Positions 1-11,926 of a DNA stretch of 32,000 nt are shown here, one piece after another. Under the pieces are notes generated by a model. The model was not told where the DNA came from. It saw only the letters and a program-made list of their open reading frames with translations, and made no database searches. A program made the position numbers and the translations under genes. Every line of letters begins with the position of its first letter. The first letter of the stretch is position 1. Where the stretch lies: the NCBI RefSeq assembly GCF_000014785.1, contig NC_008340.1:2880001-2912000 (forward strand). The letters are read 5' to 3'. The DNA is from Alkalilimnicola ehrlichii MLHE-1 (lineage in GTDB: Bacteria > Pseudomonadota > Gammaproteobacteria > Nitrococcales > Halorhodospiraceae).

Positions 1-449
1 AGGATGACCTCCTCCGGAGCCAGGCCCTGCTGCCCCTCCAGCCACGTCAGGGCGGCCTCCGCATCCTTATAGACCCCCGGCTCATCCGGCCGCCCCTCGC
101 TTCGGCCGTAGCCGCGATAGTCCAGGATCAGCACCGATACCCCCAGTTCGTGGAAGATCTCCAGCGAATCCAGGCGATGGGAGATGTTGCCGGCATTCCC
201 ATGCAGGAACAGCAGCGTGCCCCGCGGCGAGTCGTGGGGCAGCCACCAGGCGTGCAGGCGCAGTTCGTCGGCCGTGGTCAGCCACACCTCCTGGTAGGGC
301 AGCCCGCGGGCCTCCGGCGTGGCCACCAGCTCGCGCCCAGGAATATGCGGCAGGAAGACCAGCCGGTTCTGCCCCAGGGCCATGATGAGGCTCATCGCCA
401 GCCAGGCCAGCAGGACGGTGCCACCAATGATAACGACGGCTCTGAGCAT
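1..449 (-). CDS. alpha/beta hydrolase family protein (BEM46-like), C-terminus cut by window edge
   Basis: Minus-strand reading from ATG at 449 gives an N-terminal hydrophobic segment, then ...[18 protein letters not shown]...[29 protein letters not shown], typical of alpha/beta hydrolases (HGNAGN and DYRGYG motifs). Confidence 0.85.
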   Translation of the reverse strand, partial: MLRAVVIIGGTVLLAWLAMSLIMALGQNRLVFLPHIPGRELVATPEARGLPYQEVWLTTADELRLHAWWLPHDSPRGTLLFLHGNAGNISHRLDSLEIFHELGVSVLILDYRGYGRSEGRPDEPGVYKDAEAALTWLEGQQGLAPEEVI

Positions 450-673
450 GCTATCTCCGTGATCTGCCCGGCAATCCTGTCATGAATCCAACGTTGATTA
501 TTCGCGACAGTCTGCCAATATGGCAAAAGTCGGGTTACATGCTTGACCAGTCTGACTCAGGACTGCCGAATCCCTCGAGTGCATCGTGTGTTCAGCAGCC
601 TCCCAGCCAGTCCGGGCAACGCTTGCAACCCGGCGGGGAACGCTTTACGTCAAGGTTTTCAGAGGTTGCTGTC

Positions 674-883
674 ATGGCAGAACGCGAGACCGGTACGGTC
701 AAATGGTTTGATAACGCCAAGGGGTTCGGCTTCATCCAGCGCGAGCAGGGTGAGGACGTGTTTGTGCATTTCCGCGCGATCCGCGGTGAGGGCTTCCGCT
801 CGCTGGACGAGGGCCAGCAGGTGGAGTTCAACGTGGTTCGCGGCCCCAAGGGCCTGCAGGCGGAGGACGTGGCGGCGGTCTGA
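674..883 (+). CDS. cold-shock domain protein (CspA family)
   Basis: [36 protein letters not shown]... contains RNP1 (KGFGFI) and RNP2 (VFVHF); ATG at 674 inside ORF 482..883. Confidence 0.95.
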   Translation: MAERETGTVKWFDNAKGFGFIQREQGEDVFVHFRAIRGEGFRSLDEGQQVEFNVVRGPKGLQAEDVAAV

Positions 884-903
884 GCCCGCCTCGACTGCAT
901 GTC

Positions 904-931
904 CGGACGGGGGCCTGACGGCCCCCGTCCG
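904..931. terminator. perfect 12-bp hairpin between convergent genes, possible bidirectional terminator (no strong U tract)
   Basis: cggacgggggcc-tgac-ggcccccgtccg, perfect 12-bp stem and 4-nt loop between the csp gene (+) and the EVE-domain gene (-). Confidence 0.6.
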
Positions 932-954
932 CGTTCTGCCCGGCGTGAGCCGAC

Positions 955-1431
955 TCAGCCCGCCGGGTCCTGCTCGGCCAGGGCGATAATATGCGCCCAG
1001 TGATCCGGCTCCACCGGCATGACCGACAGCCGGTTCCCCCGGGCCAGCAGCTTCATCCCCTCCAACTGCGGTTGGCGTTTGAGTTCGTGCAGGGTCACCT
1101 TGCGCGGCAGTATCGCCTTGAATTTCACGTCCACCAGGTACCAGCGCGGCTTCTCCGGGTCGCTCTTGGGGTCGTAGTGCTTGTCATCGGGGTCGAACTG
1201 GGTGGGGTCGGGGTAGCCCTCGCGCACGATCTCGACGATGCCGACAATACCCGGCGGCTTGGTGTTGGAATGGTAGAAGAAGGCCAGGTCGCCGACCTTC
1301 ATCTGGTCGCGCATCATGTTGCGCGCCTGGTAGTTGCGCACGCCGTCCCAGGGTTCGATCTGGTCCGGGCGCTGCTTCAGGTCCTCGATGCCGAACTCGT
1401 CCGGCTCCGACTTCATCAGCCAGTAGTTCAT
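955..1431 (-). CDS. EVE domain-containing protein (thymocyte nuclear protein-like)
   Basis: MNYWLMKSEPDEFGIEDLKQRPDQIEPWDGVRNYQARNMMRDQMKVGDLAFFYHSN... is the characteristic EVE/THYN1 N-terminus. Confidence 0.93.
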   Translation of the reverse strand: MNYWLMKSEPDEFGIEDLKQRPDQIEPWDGVRNYQARNMMRDQMKVGDLAFFYHSNTKPPGIVGIVEIVREGYPDPTQFDPDDKHYDPKSDPEKPRWYLVDVKFKAILPRKVTLHELKRQPQLEGMKLLARGNRLSVMPVEPDHWAHIIALAEQDPAG

Positions 1432-1507
1432 GCACTCCCCCGGTTGCAAGCCAATAATCGGCGCCAGTTTTGCACAGCGCGACGGGGTTTGTCTTATCGG
1501 CCCGGGC

Positions 1508-1721
1508 GGCTGTTGGGACATGCCGGGGAGGGGCGGAGATCGGGATGGGGCGACTTATGCGCACCGAGCAACGCAGCAAAAGAGCGGAAAAAAGGCGCGC
1601 CTGTCCGAGCGAAGCGAGTTCGCGCCGCCGCTCTTTTGCGAGTAGCGCAGGGGACCCCGAAGGGGTGCGCATTCGGAGCCCCATCCCGATCTCCGCCCCT
1701 CCCCGGCATGTCCCAACAGCC
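1508..1721. repeat. long snap-back element: perfect 44-bp inverted arms around a 126-nt, itself nested-palindromic, core
   Basis: Arm 1508-1551 ggctgttgggacatgccggggaggggcggagatcgggatggggc is the exact reverse complement of 1678-1721. The core has nested pairs 1557-1565/1664-1672, 1576-1587/1628-1639 and 1594-1599/1621-1626. Confidence 0.95.
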
Positions 1722-1728
1722 ACCTTGG

Positions 1729-2358
1729 CTAGCGCCTGACCGAGCCGTTTCGCGGGATCCAGATTCCCCGCTCCGTCGCCACCCCGTGCAGCGGGATATC
1801 CCAGGGGGCCAGGGGCAGCTCCGGGACGTGCTGGAAGGACCAGGCCACACCCAGCAGGCGGGGGTGGGTGCGCCAGCGCCAGCGCCCGAGGAAGGCGAAG
1901 CTGGCATCGTAGAAGCCGCCGCCCATGCCGAGCCGGCCGCCCCGGTGGTCGAACGCCACCAGCGGCGTCAGCACCAAGTCGAGATCCCGGGGGCGCAGTA
2001 ACGGGGAGCTGTTGGGCAGCGGCTCGGGGATACCGAACCGGTTGGGTCGTAGCGGCCGCCCCGGGCACCAGGCCCGGAAGCGCAACACCCGGCTGCCGGG
2101 GCGCACCACCGGCAGGTAGAGGGTGATCCCCCGCCGGTGCAGACGCCGCATCAGGGGCAGCGGGTCCATCTCACCGTCGGCGGGCATGAAGGCGGCCAAC
2201 CGGCGGACGTTGCGCAACAGCGGATGGCGGGCCACGCGGCGGGCGAGCTGGCGGGCGGCCCAGCGGCGCACGGCCATGGGTTGCGCACGGCGGCGGGCGC
2301 GCATAGCGTGGCGCACCTGCTGCCTGTCCAAGGGGTCCTGAGGGGGTTCGACCGACAT
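1729..2358 (-). CDS. 5-formyltetrahydrofolate cyclo-ligase
   Basis: 209 aa; ...LDLVLTPLVAFDHRGGRLGMGGGFYDASFAFL... matches the family core (TPLVAFD..G.RLGMGGGFYD); genomic position next to 6S RNA and zapA. Confidence 0.93.
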   Translation of the reverse strand: MSVEPPQDPLDRQQVRHAMRARRRAQPMAVRRWAARQLARRVARHPLLRNVRRLAAFMPADGEMDPLPLMRRLHRRGITLYLPVVRPGSRVLRFRAWCPGRPLRPNRFGIPEPLPNSSPLLRPRDLDLVLTPLVAFDHRGGRLGMGGGFYDASFAFLGRWRWRTHPRLLGVAWSFQHVPELPLAPWDIPLHGVATERGIWIPRNGSVRR

Positions 2359-2405
2359 GCCGATCAGCTTACCAGAGCCATCACACGGCCCCGATAGGGA
2401 AAGAA

Positions 2406-2594
2406 AGACGCCCCCCGCCTGTGCCGTGCGGGCATCGCCCTTGAACCCTGAGGTCCAGGTGGGGATATCGGGAGCGCCTTAGGCTTTCCGCTACCAGGGC
2501 GGACATGCACACCAGCCACTCCACGCCTTATCCCCTGGCGATTACGTTGAGGCTCAAGAATACTTAGCCCGCGCTCGTACACCGCAGGGGGCGT
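2406..2594 (-). ncRNA. ssrS: 6S RNA
   Basis: Between the zapA and 5-FTHF cyclo-ligase genes, the canonical gammaproteobacterial position. On the minus strand the 5' end acgccccctgcg pairs with the 3' end ggcggggggcgt. The 3' half ...cctggacctcagggttcaagggcgatgcccg... resembles E. coli 6S (ccttgaaccaagggttcaagggttacagcc). Ends are approximate. Confidence 0.85.
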
Positions 2595-2666
2595 GAGTCC
2601 ATGATGGACCAGGGGCACCGGCGCCGTCCAGTCCTTTCGCCCCGACCCCGTTAGGGTGCGGCAGCG

Positions 2667-2951
2667 CTACTCACCGGTGGCCTCGGCGATGCGCGCATCC
2701 AACGCCCGCAGCCGGCGCCGCACGTCCTCCATGCTGGCGTTCTCCTGGCGCGCCTCCAGAAGTTCGTAGGTGATGTTGAGCGCGGCCATCACCGCGATCC
2801 GGTCGGTGCCCAGCACCTTGCCGCGATCCCGGATCTCCTTCATCTTCCGATGCAGGTAATCGGCGGACTGCAACAGCCCCTGTTTCTCGTCCTCGGGGCA
2901 GGCAATCATGTATTCCTTGTCCAGGATCTGGATCTTGACGGGTTCGGTCAT
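2667..2951 (-). CDS. zapA: cell division protein ZapA
   Basis: MTEPVKIQILDKEYMIACPEDEKQGLLQSADYLHRKMKEIRDRGKVLGTDRIAVMAALNITYELL, typical ZapA. Confidence 0.93.
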   Translation of the reverse strand: MTEPVKIQILDKEYMIACPEDEKQGLLQSADYLHRKMKEIRDRGKVLGTDRIAVMAALNITYELLEARQENASMEDVRRRLRALDARIAEATGE

Positions 2952-2976
2952 GACAGGGTCTCCGGCGGGGGTGAGG

Positions 2977-3192
2977 TCAACCGTGCTCCATGGCGCGCAG
3001 ACGGCTGATCATGGCCTCGATCTGTGAGCGGGCCAGGTCGTTCTTCTCCTTCAGGCTGGCACGCTCGGCATTGAGCTGCTCCAGGGACTGGCGCAGCACC
3101 CGGTTTTCTTCCCTGAGCCGGGCGTCGGCCTTCAGCAGCGCCTCCACGCGCTGCTCAAGCCGCACCAGCTCTTCGGTAACGGAATCAGCCAC
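2977..3192 (-). CDS. small coiled-coil protein, TIGR02449 / ZapB-like
   Basis: GTG start at 3192; 71 aa VADSVTEELVRLEQRVEALLKADARLREENRVLRQSLEQLNAERASLKEKNDLARSQIEAMISRLRAMEHG; directly upstream of zapA. Confidence 0.8.
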   Translation of the reverse strand: MADSVTEELVRLEQRVEALLKADARLREENRVLRQSLEQLNAERASLKEKNDLARSQIEAMISRLRAMEHG

Positions 3193-3330
3193 TTGACGAC
3201 CTCTTTTGACGTTAATCCGGAATATAGTGTGCGCGCCCCTTAAGGTCAACGCAAAAAGAGCGCCACAGCCACCACAATCCCGACTCCCAACCCGAGTGGT
3301 GTTAGCATTGGATGTCCGTAAACAACCCAA

Positions 3331-3915
3331 GTGAGCGTCATGCGCCTGGAAGCAGCCTACGACGACCTGCAGGAAGCCCTCGCAGCTATTAACGCCAGCA
3401 GCCACCCGGCCGAGGCCCACGGTGTGCTCTGTGGCATGAGCGCCCTGCCCGACGGCGCCGACAAGGCGCGTTGGATCGCGCAGGTGCTGAGCGGCACCCA
3501 ACCCAGCGGCGACGCCGCCAAACGGGTCCTGGCCCTGCTCGCCGGCCTCTATGACCAGGTGCAAAGCCAGCTCGACGATAAGGACCTGGCCTTCGACCTG
3601 CTCCTCCCCCCTGACGAGGAGGCCCTGGAGGTGCGCGCCGATGCGCTTTCCCAGTGGTGCCAGGGTTTTCTCTACGGCCTGGGCGTGGCCGGCCTCCCGG
3701 AGCTCAGCGAACTGCCCACGGACGTGCGCGAGGTGCTCACGGACCTGGGTGAGATCGCCCGGGTGGAACTGGACCCCGAGTCCACCGAGGACAACGAGTC
3801 CGCCTACGCGGAGCTGGTGGAATATGTCCGTGTCGCCGCCCTGCTGGTGCGCGACAACCTCCACCCACTGAAACCCGACGCCGGCCCCGCCCCGGACAAA
3901 TCCACCCTGCACTGA
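3331..3915 (+). CDS. ygfB: UPF0149 family protein (YgfB-like)
   Basis: ...AHGVLCGMSALPDGADKARW...CQGFLYGLGVAG..., YgfB signature, immediately upstream of pepP. Start could be GTG 3331 or ATG 3340. Confidence 0.88.
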   Translation: MSVMRLEAAYDDLQEALAAINASSHPAEAHGVLCGMSALPDGADKARWIAQVLSGTQPSGDAAKRVLALLAGLYDQVQSQLDDKDLAFDLLLPPDEEALEVRADALSQWCQGFLYGLGVAGLPELSELPTDVREVLTDLGEIARVELDPESTEDNESAYAELVEYVRVAALLVRDNLHPLKPDAGPAPDKSTLH

Positions 3916-3926
3916 CCGGAGTCGCC

Positions 3927-5236
<1,310 letters not shown>

Positions 5237-5240
<4 letters not shown>

Positions 5241-6478
5241 GCGGGCGCTACGACATCATCATCGCCGGCGGCGGCCTGGTGGGGGGCTGTCTGGCCGTGG
5301 CCCTGGGCCAGACCGGGCTGCGGGTGGCGGTGCTGGAGGCGGTGGCCCCGGAGGCCCCGGTACAGCCCAGCTACGACGACCGCACCACCGCCCTCTCCCC
5401 GGTCTCGCGCCGGATCTTGGAGGCCCTGGATCTGTGGCCCGATCTCGAGGGGGAAATCACTCCGATCCGCGAGATCCACATCTCCGAGCAGGGCGGCTTC
5501 GGCTATGCCCGCCTGCGCGCCGATCGCGAGGGCGTGCCGGCCCTGGGCTACCTGGTCCCCAACCGGCGTTTCGGGCAGGTCCTGCCGCAGCGGCTGCGCC
5601 AACAATCGGGACTGGACTACCTGACACCGGCGCGCGCCGTGGCCACGCGCACCACCCCCGGGGGCATCGAGGTCACCATCGAGGACGACGAGGGCCGGCG
5701 ACGGCCGCTGCAGGCCCGGCTGGCGGTTGCCGCCGACGGCACCCACTCGGCGCTGCGCGAGCTCTGGGACCTGCCCCTGCAGACCCATGACTACGGCAGC
5801 CACGCGGTAATCGCCAACCTCACGCCGGAGGAGGACCACCGCGGCCGCGCCTTCGAACGCTTCACCCCGGATGGCCCCATGGCGCTGCTGCCCACCACCG
5901 GCGGGCGCTGCGCCCTGGTCTGGTCAGTGGCCGACGCCGAACTGAACCAGGTGCTGGCCCTCGACGACGCCGCCTTCCTGGCCCAGGTCCAGCGCCGCTT
6001 CGGCTACCGCCTGGGCCGCCTCCGCCAGGTGGGCCGACGCGGCCACTACCCGCTGCGGGGCCACCGGGTCACCCAGCCGCTGGCGCCCCGGGGGGTCGTG
6101 ATCGGCAATGCCGCCCACACCATGCATCCGGTGGCGGGTCAGGGGCTCAACCTGGCCCTGCGCGACGTCGCCTGGCTCGCCCAACTGCTGGCCGAGGCGG
6201 AGCGGGCCGGCGAGGACGTGGGCCACCCGGCCCTGCTGCAACGCTATGCCCGCCAGCGCCAGGCGGACACCCGCCTGATCATGGGCTTCACCCATCTGCT
6301 ACTGGGCAGCTTCGGCAACCGCCTGCCCGGACTGCGTGCCGGGCGCAACCTGGCGCTGAAATGGCTGGACGTCATACCGCCGGCGCGGCGGGCCTTCATG
6401 AGACTGGGTATGGGACTGGGGGCGCCGCTGCCGGCACTGGCCGCGGGCTGCCCGCTGAATCGCGAGGAACGGCGATGA
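5237..6478 (+). CDS. ubiH: 2-octaprenyl-6-methoxyphenyl hydroxylase (UbiH-like FAD monooxygenase)
   Basis: 413 aa; N-terminal FAD motif IIIAGGGLVGGCLAVALGQTG; VIGNAAHTMHPVAGQGLNLALRD; downstream of pepP, overlapping by 4 nt. Confidence 0.93.
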
Positions 6479-7698
6479 AGATCGATTACGAGGCCGTCAT
6501 CCAGGGCGGCGGCATGGTGGGCCTGGCCCTGGCCCTCACCCTGGCACGGGCCGGCCTGCCGGTGGCCGTCCTGGAGGCCCACACCCCGCGGCGCTGGCGC
6601 CGCGAGGACCCGGTGGATCAGCGCGTCTCCGCCATCTCGGTGGCCTCGGAGCGCTACCTGGGCCGGCTGGGTGCCTGGGCGGACATCCGCCGCGCCCGCG
6701 CCTGTCCCTTCCACGGCATCCATGCCTGGGACGGCGAGGGCGGTGGCGCCATCCACTTCGACGCCCACCGTTACGGCGAGCCCCACCTGGGTCATATCGT
6801 GGAGAACCGGCTGATCCAGACCACCCTCTGGCAGCACCTGTCCCGACACGACAACGTACGCCTGATGGTGCCCGGCAGCGTCGAGGGCTGGGATGCGGAG
6901 CCGGAGGGCCTGCGGGTACGGCTGAACGACGGTGGCGAGTGCACCACCCGGCTGCTGGTGGGCGCGGACGGCGCCCGCTCGCGCCTGCGGGAGCTAGCCG
7001 GAATCGGCCACAGCGTGCGCCCTTACGGGCAGCACGGCGTGGTGGGGACGGTCTGGCCGGAGCACCACCACGGCGGCATCGCCCGCCAGCGTTTTCTGCC
7101 CACCGGGCCGCTGGCCCTGCTGCCGCTAGCCGACGGCAGTTGCTCCATTGTCTGGTCCTGCCCGGAGGCCCAGGCCACGGAGCTGCTCGAGCTGCCGGAG
7201 GCGCGCTTTCGCGAACAGCTCACCCAGGCCAGTGAGGCCGTGCTCGGGCCGATCAACGCCTGCGGCCCGCGGGCGGCCTTCCCGCTGCGGCGCAGCCACG
7301 CCAGGCGCTATATCGACCGGCGCCTGGCCCTGGTGGGCGACGCCGCCCACACCATCCACCCCCTGGCCGGCCAGGGGGTCAACCTGGGCTTCATGGACGC
7401 CGCCACCCTCGCCGAGGAGATGCTGGCGGCCCACGAGCGTGGCCGCGACCCGGGCGGCCAGGCGGTGCTGCAGCGCTTCCAGCGCCGGCGCCTGGGCGCC
7501 AACCACCTGATGCAGACCGGCATGGACGCCTTCCACTGGTTGTTCGCCAACGACCTGCCACCGCTGGTGGTGCTGCGCAGCCTGGGGCTGAGTCTCACTG
7601 ACCGGCTGGCGCCGGCCAAGTCGCTGTTCATGGCGCGGGCCATGGGACTCAGCGGCGAGCTGCCGGCGCTGGCGCGTCCCCATCCGCAGACCGGCTGA
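6475..7698 (+). CDS. UbiH/UbiF/VisC/COQ6-family ubiquinone biosynthesis hydroxylase
   Basis: MKIDYEAVIQGGGMVGLALALTLARAG... ALVGDAAHTIHPLAGQGVNLGFMD; ATG at 6475 overlaps the previous stop (ATGA). Confidence 0.93.
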   Translation: MKIDYEAVIQGGGMVGLALALTLARAGLPVAVLEAHTPRRWRREDPVDQRVSAISVASERYLGRLGAWADIRRARACPFHGIHAWDGEGGGAIHFDAHRYGEPHLGHIVENRLIQTTLWQHLSRHDNVRLMVPGSVEGWDAEPEGLRVRLNDGGECTTRLLVGADGARSRLRELAGIGHSVRPYGQHGVVGTVWPEHHHGGIARQRFLPTGPLALLPLADGSCSIVWSCPEAQATELLELPEARFREQLTQASEAVLGPINACGPRAAFPLRRSHARRYIDRRLALVGDAAHTIHPLAGQGVNLGFMDAATLAEEMLAAHERGRDPGGQAVLQRFQRRRLGANHLMQTGMDAFHWLFANDLPPLVVLRSLGLSLTDRLAPAKSLFMARAMGLSGELPALARPHPQTG

Positions 7699-9319
7699 GC
7701 CGGACCTCGGTCTCCGGCTCCTGCCAGCCCGCCGGTACCCCCGCTGGCGCCATCTGCAACGTCAGCCGGAAGCAGGCCCCCGCCTCGCCCGGGTTGCTCA
7801 GGCGGAGATCGGCCCGATTGCTCTCGCAGAGCTCCCGGCAGATGAAGAGCCCCAGCCCAGACCCGGACGGCCGGCTGGTGAAAAAGGGCTCGAACACACT
7901 GTTGGCGATATCCCGCCCGACACCGGGGCCATCGTCGCAGATCTCCAGCCACGCCTCCCCGGCTTGCGGCTGCCGTCCGCTCAGGGTGACCGTCACCCTC
8001 GGGCGGCCGTCCGAGGCGTGGCGAACGGCGTTCTCCACCAGGTTGGTCAACACTTGGTGGAGGTGGTTGGGGTCGAACAGCACCAACAGCCCCGCCGGCG
8101 TCACCCGACAGCGGATGCGGGCCCCCTCCCGGCCGTGCTGCTCGCCCCAGCGCTGCAGGAACTCCTGAAGAAAGGCGTCCAGCGCCACCGCCTCCCGCCG
8201 CGCCCGTCCCCGCCGGGAGAGTTGCTGCACGTCCTCGACGATGGTGTTGAGCCGCCGGCCGTGGCGGCGAACGATGTCCAGCAACCGCCGGTCATCCTCG
8301 CTCAGATCCGGCGACTCGGCCAGCAGTTGCCCGGCATGCAGAATGGCACTGAGCGGATTGCGGATCTCGTGGGCGATACTGGCCGTCAGCCGGCCGAGGG
8401 CGGCCAGTTTGGCCTGCTGCACCCGGGCACGCAGTTCCGCTTGGTCCTCCAGCAACAGCAACAACGGCCCCTCCGGGTCCGCGCCCAGCGCGGAGATGTT
8501 CACCCGCACCTCGGCGCCACGCGCCTGCACCGGCACCACCAGGCCGGAACCCACCCGGCCCCGCCGCCAGCGCCGCACTGCGAGATCCAGGGTCGGCGCC
8601 ACATGCTCCAGCGCCGCGCCGCGGCCGCTGGCCAGCCAGCCCATGGCGGAATGGTTGAGCAGCCGGATGATGCCGGCCCCGTCCACCACCACCACCCCCG
8701 GTTCCATGTGCTGGACGATGTGCTCGTTTAGCGCCTGCATGTTGGCCAGGTCCACCCCGCGGCGTTCGGCCAGGGCCTGCGCCGTACGCACGCGGATGGC
8801 CAGCAGGCTACCGCCGGCGCCGAGCAGAAACAGGCCCATGCCGTACATCCCCACCAGGGTGTAGCCCTCAGCGGCGCCGTCGGCGTAGAGGGCCACGAAG
8901 CCCTGGACCGCCAGCAGGGCGAGCGTGGCCATGGCCGCCAACCCCAGCGCCAGGCGCAGATTGGCCAGCATCAGGCTGCCACCGGCCACCACGATCAACA
9001 CCAGCAGGGCAAGCCCGCCGTCCATCCGACCGGTGGCCGCTACCAGCAGACTCAGTGCCAGGACATCCACGCCCAACTGGGCGTAAAGCTGCAGGGAGAA
9101 GGCCGGAACCCGTCGCTGCTGCAGCCATAAGGCCACCACCGACCAGGCGAGGTAGGCCAGCAGGGTGGCCAGGAAGACGTCCGTCCAGCGCACGGCCAGC
9201 AGTAAGGGTTCGCCCCGGGCCCAGATGAAGAGCAACAGCAGCGCCAGCACCACCACCAGGCGGTAGCCGCAGAAGACCTGCAGCGCCGCCCAATCGTTCG
9301 CCCGCGCGGTGGTCATCAC
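7649..9319 (-). CDS. pilS: PilS-like membrane sensor histidine kinase
   Basis: 556 aa; six predicted hydrophobic segments, PAS-like domain (LNEHIVQHMEPGVVVVDGAGIIRLLNHSA), H box LTASIAHEIRNPLSAI, N box NLVENAVRHA, G boxes DDGPGVG and GSGLGLFI. Confidence 0.88.
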   Translation of the reverse strand: MMTTARANDWAALQVFCGYRLVVVLALLLLFIWARGEPLLLAVRWTDVFLATLLAYLAWSVVALWLQQRRVPAFSLQLYAQLGVDVLALSLLVAATGRMDGGLALLVLIVVAGGSLMLANLRLALGLAAMATLALLAVQGFVALYADGAAEGYTLVGMYGMGLFLLGAGGSLLAIRVRTAQALAERRGVDLANMQALNEHIVQHMEPGVVVVDGAGIIRLLNHSAMGWLASGRGAALEHVAPTLDLAVRRWRRGRVGSGLVVPVQARGAEVRVNISALGADPEGPLLLLLEDQAELRARVQQAKLAALGRLTASIAHEIRNPLSAILHAGQLLAESPDLSEDDRRLLDIVRRHGRRLNTIVEDVQQLSRRGRARREAVALDAFLQEFLQRWGEQHGREGARIRCRVTPAGLLVLFDPNHLHQVLTNLVENAVRHASDGRPRVTVTLSGRQPQAGEAWLEICDDGPGVGRDIANSVFEPFFTSRPSGSGLGLFICRELCESNRADLRLSNPGEAGACFRLTLQMAPAGVPAGWQEPETEVRLSRSADGDAPAPAARR

Positions 9320-9325
9320 CGGCGC

Positions 9326-9592
9326 TCAGCCCTCCCAGCGGGCGGCGTCACGGTGGCCGTCGCTGCAGTACCACCGCCCGGCGTCCTCCACCGCCTCGTT
9401 GCGCGGCACGTAGACCCCGCAGTGCTCGCAGCGCACCATCGCCTCCACCCGGTCACGCCCCCGACCCCGGCGCTGGCTTTGCTCGTCCGCCACCGCTGCC
9501 CGCTCCCGTTGTTCGCGCAGCTGGCGCAGCACCGAGCGCAGCCCCAACCAGGCCAGGATGAGCACTATAATGACGAGGATCTGTCCGAGCAT
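9326..9592 (-). CDS. small single-TM protein with C-terminal zinc-ribbon-like CxxC...C..H (PP0621-family-like)
   Basis: [28 protein letters not shown]...[36 protein letters not shown]. Confidence 0.8.
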   Translation of the reverse strand: MLGQILVIIVLILAWLGLRSVLRQLREQRERAAVADEQSQRRGRGRDRVEAMVRCEHCGVYVPRNEAVEDAGRWYCSDGHRDAARWEG

Positions 9593-9740
9593 GGGGTCTC
9601 CGTGGGCGAATCGACGCTTCAGCCCCCACTTTACCCCATCGGATTCCACACCGGGGCGACAATTTGCCGCGTTTTTTGCTTTTGGACCGGGCTTTGATAG
9701 AGAATACGCAGGCTTTTCACGAGGAGGAGGCAGGCCATCC

Positions 9741-10916
<1,176 letters not shown>

Positions 10917-10945
10917 ACCACGCCGGAGAAGAGGATCCAATCGAC

Positions 10946-11818
10946 ATGAGCGTACTTGTAGACAAGAACACGAAGGTCATCGTCCAGGGCTTCACCGGCA
11001 AGCAGGGCACCTTCCACGCCGAGCAGGCCATCGCCTACGGCACCAACGTGGTGGGTGGCGTGACCCCCGGTCGCGGCGGCCAAACCCACCTGGACCTCCC
11101 GGTGTTCAACACCGTGGAAGATGCCGTCCAGGAGACCGGCGCGGACGCCAGCATGATTTACGTGCCGGCCGCCTTTGCCGCGGACGCCATCCTGGAGGCC
11201 GCCGACGCCGGCATCAAGGTGATCGCTTGTATCACCGAGGGCATCCCGGTGCTGGACATGCTCAAGGTGAAGGCCGCCCTGGCGCAGTACGACGCCCGCC
11301 TGATCGGCCCCAACTGCCCGGGCGTCATCACCCCCGGCGAGTGCAAGATCGGCATCATGCCCGGTCACATCCACAAGGCCGGCTCCATCGGCATCGTCTC
11401 GCGCTCGGGCACCCTGACCTACGAGGCGGTCAAGCAGACCACCGACATCGGTCTGGGCCAGTCCACCTGCATCGGCATCGGTGGCGACCCGATCCACGGC
11501 ATGTCCTTCATCGACGCCCTGGAGCTTTTCCAGGCCGATCCGCAGACCAAGGGTATCGTCATGGTGGGTGAGATCGGCGGCACCGCCGAGGAGGAGGCCG
11601 CCGAGTACATCCAGCAGAACGTGGACAAACCGGTGGTGGCCTACATCGCCGGGGTCACCGCACCTCCCGGCAAGCGCATGGGCCACGCCGGTGCCATCAT
11701 CGCCGGCGGCAAGGGCACTGCGGACGACAAGTTCGCCGCCCTGGAGAGCGCCGGGGTCGCCACCGTGCGCTCCCCGGCCGAGATCGGCCAGAAGCTGAAC
11801 GAACTGTTCAGCGGCTGA
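10946..11818 (+). CDS. sucD: succinyl-CoA synthetase subunit alpha
   Basis: [45 protein letters not shown] ... [24 protein letters not shown] ... [10 protein letters not shown]. Confidence 0.98.
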   Translation: MSVLVDKNTKVIVQGFTGKQGTFHAEQAIAYGTNVVGGVTPGRGGQTHLDLPVFNTVEDAVQETGADASMIYVPAAFAADAILEAADAGIKVIACITEGIPVLDMLKVKAALAQYDARLIGPNCPGVITPGECKIGIMPGHIHKAGSIGIVSRSGTLTYEAVKQTTDIGLGQSTCIGIGGDPIHGMSFIDALELFQADPQTKGIVMVGEIGGTAEEEAAEYIQQNVDKPVVAYIAGVTAPPGKRMGHAGAIIAGGKGTADDKFAALESAGVATVRSPAEIGQKLNELFSG

Positions 11819-11858
11819 GCCCCGCCGCGCGATGGCCCACGCCATTGCCGGCAGCCGA

Positions 11859-11890
11859 ACGGCCCGCACCCGCACGACGGGGCGGGCCGT
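11859..11890. terminator. 9-bp GC-rich hairpin between sucD and nadE
   Basis: acggcccgc ... gcgggccgt (11859-11867 / 11882-11890); perfect stem but no clear U tract. Confidence 0.4.
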
Positions 11891-11926
11891 TCGCACGTCC
11901 GGCCACCAACCCAGGAGAACCGCGAC

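Noticed and set aside
1430-1907. Several short ORFs across the 44-bp inverted repeat (e.g. 1430..1645, 1470..1739, 1494..1907)
   Set aside because: They are translations of the structured repeat itself, with related peptides appearing on both strands because of the palindrome.
3205-3230. Possible sigma-70 promoter ttgacg...tatagt upstream of ygfB
   Set aside because: Spacing of about 11 nt is too short for a normal -35/-10 pair.
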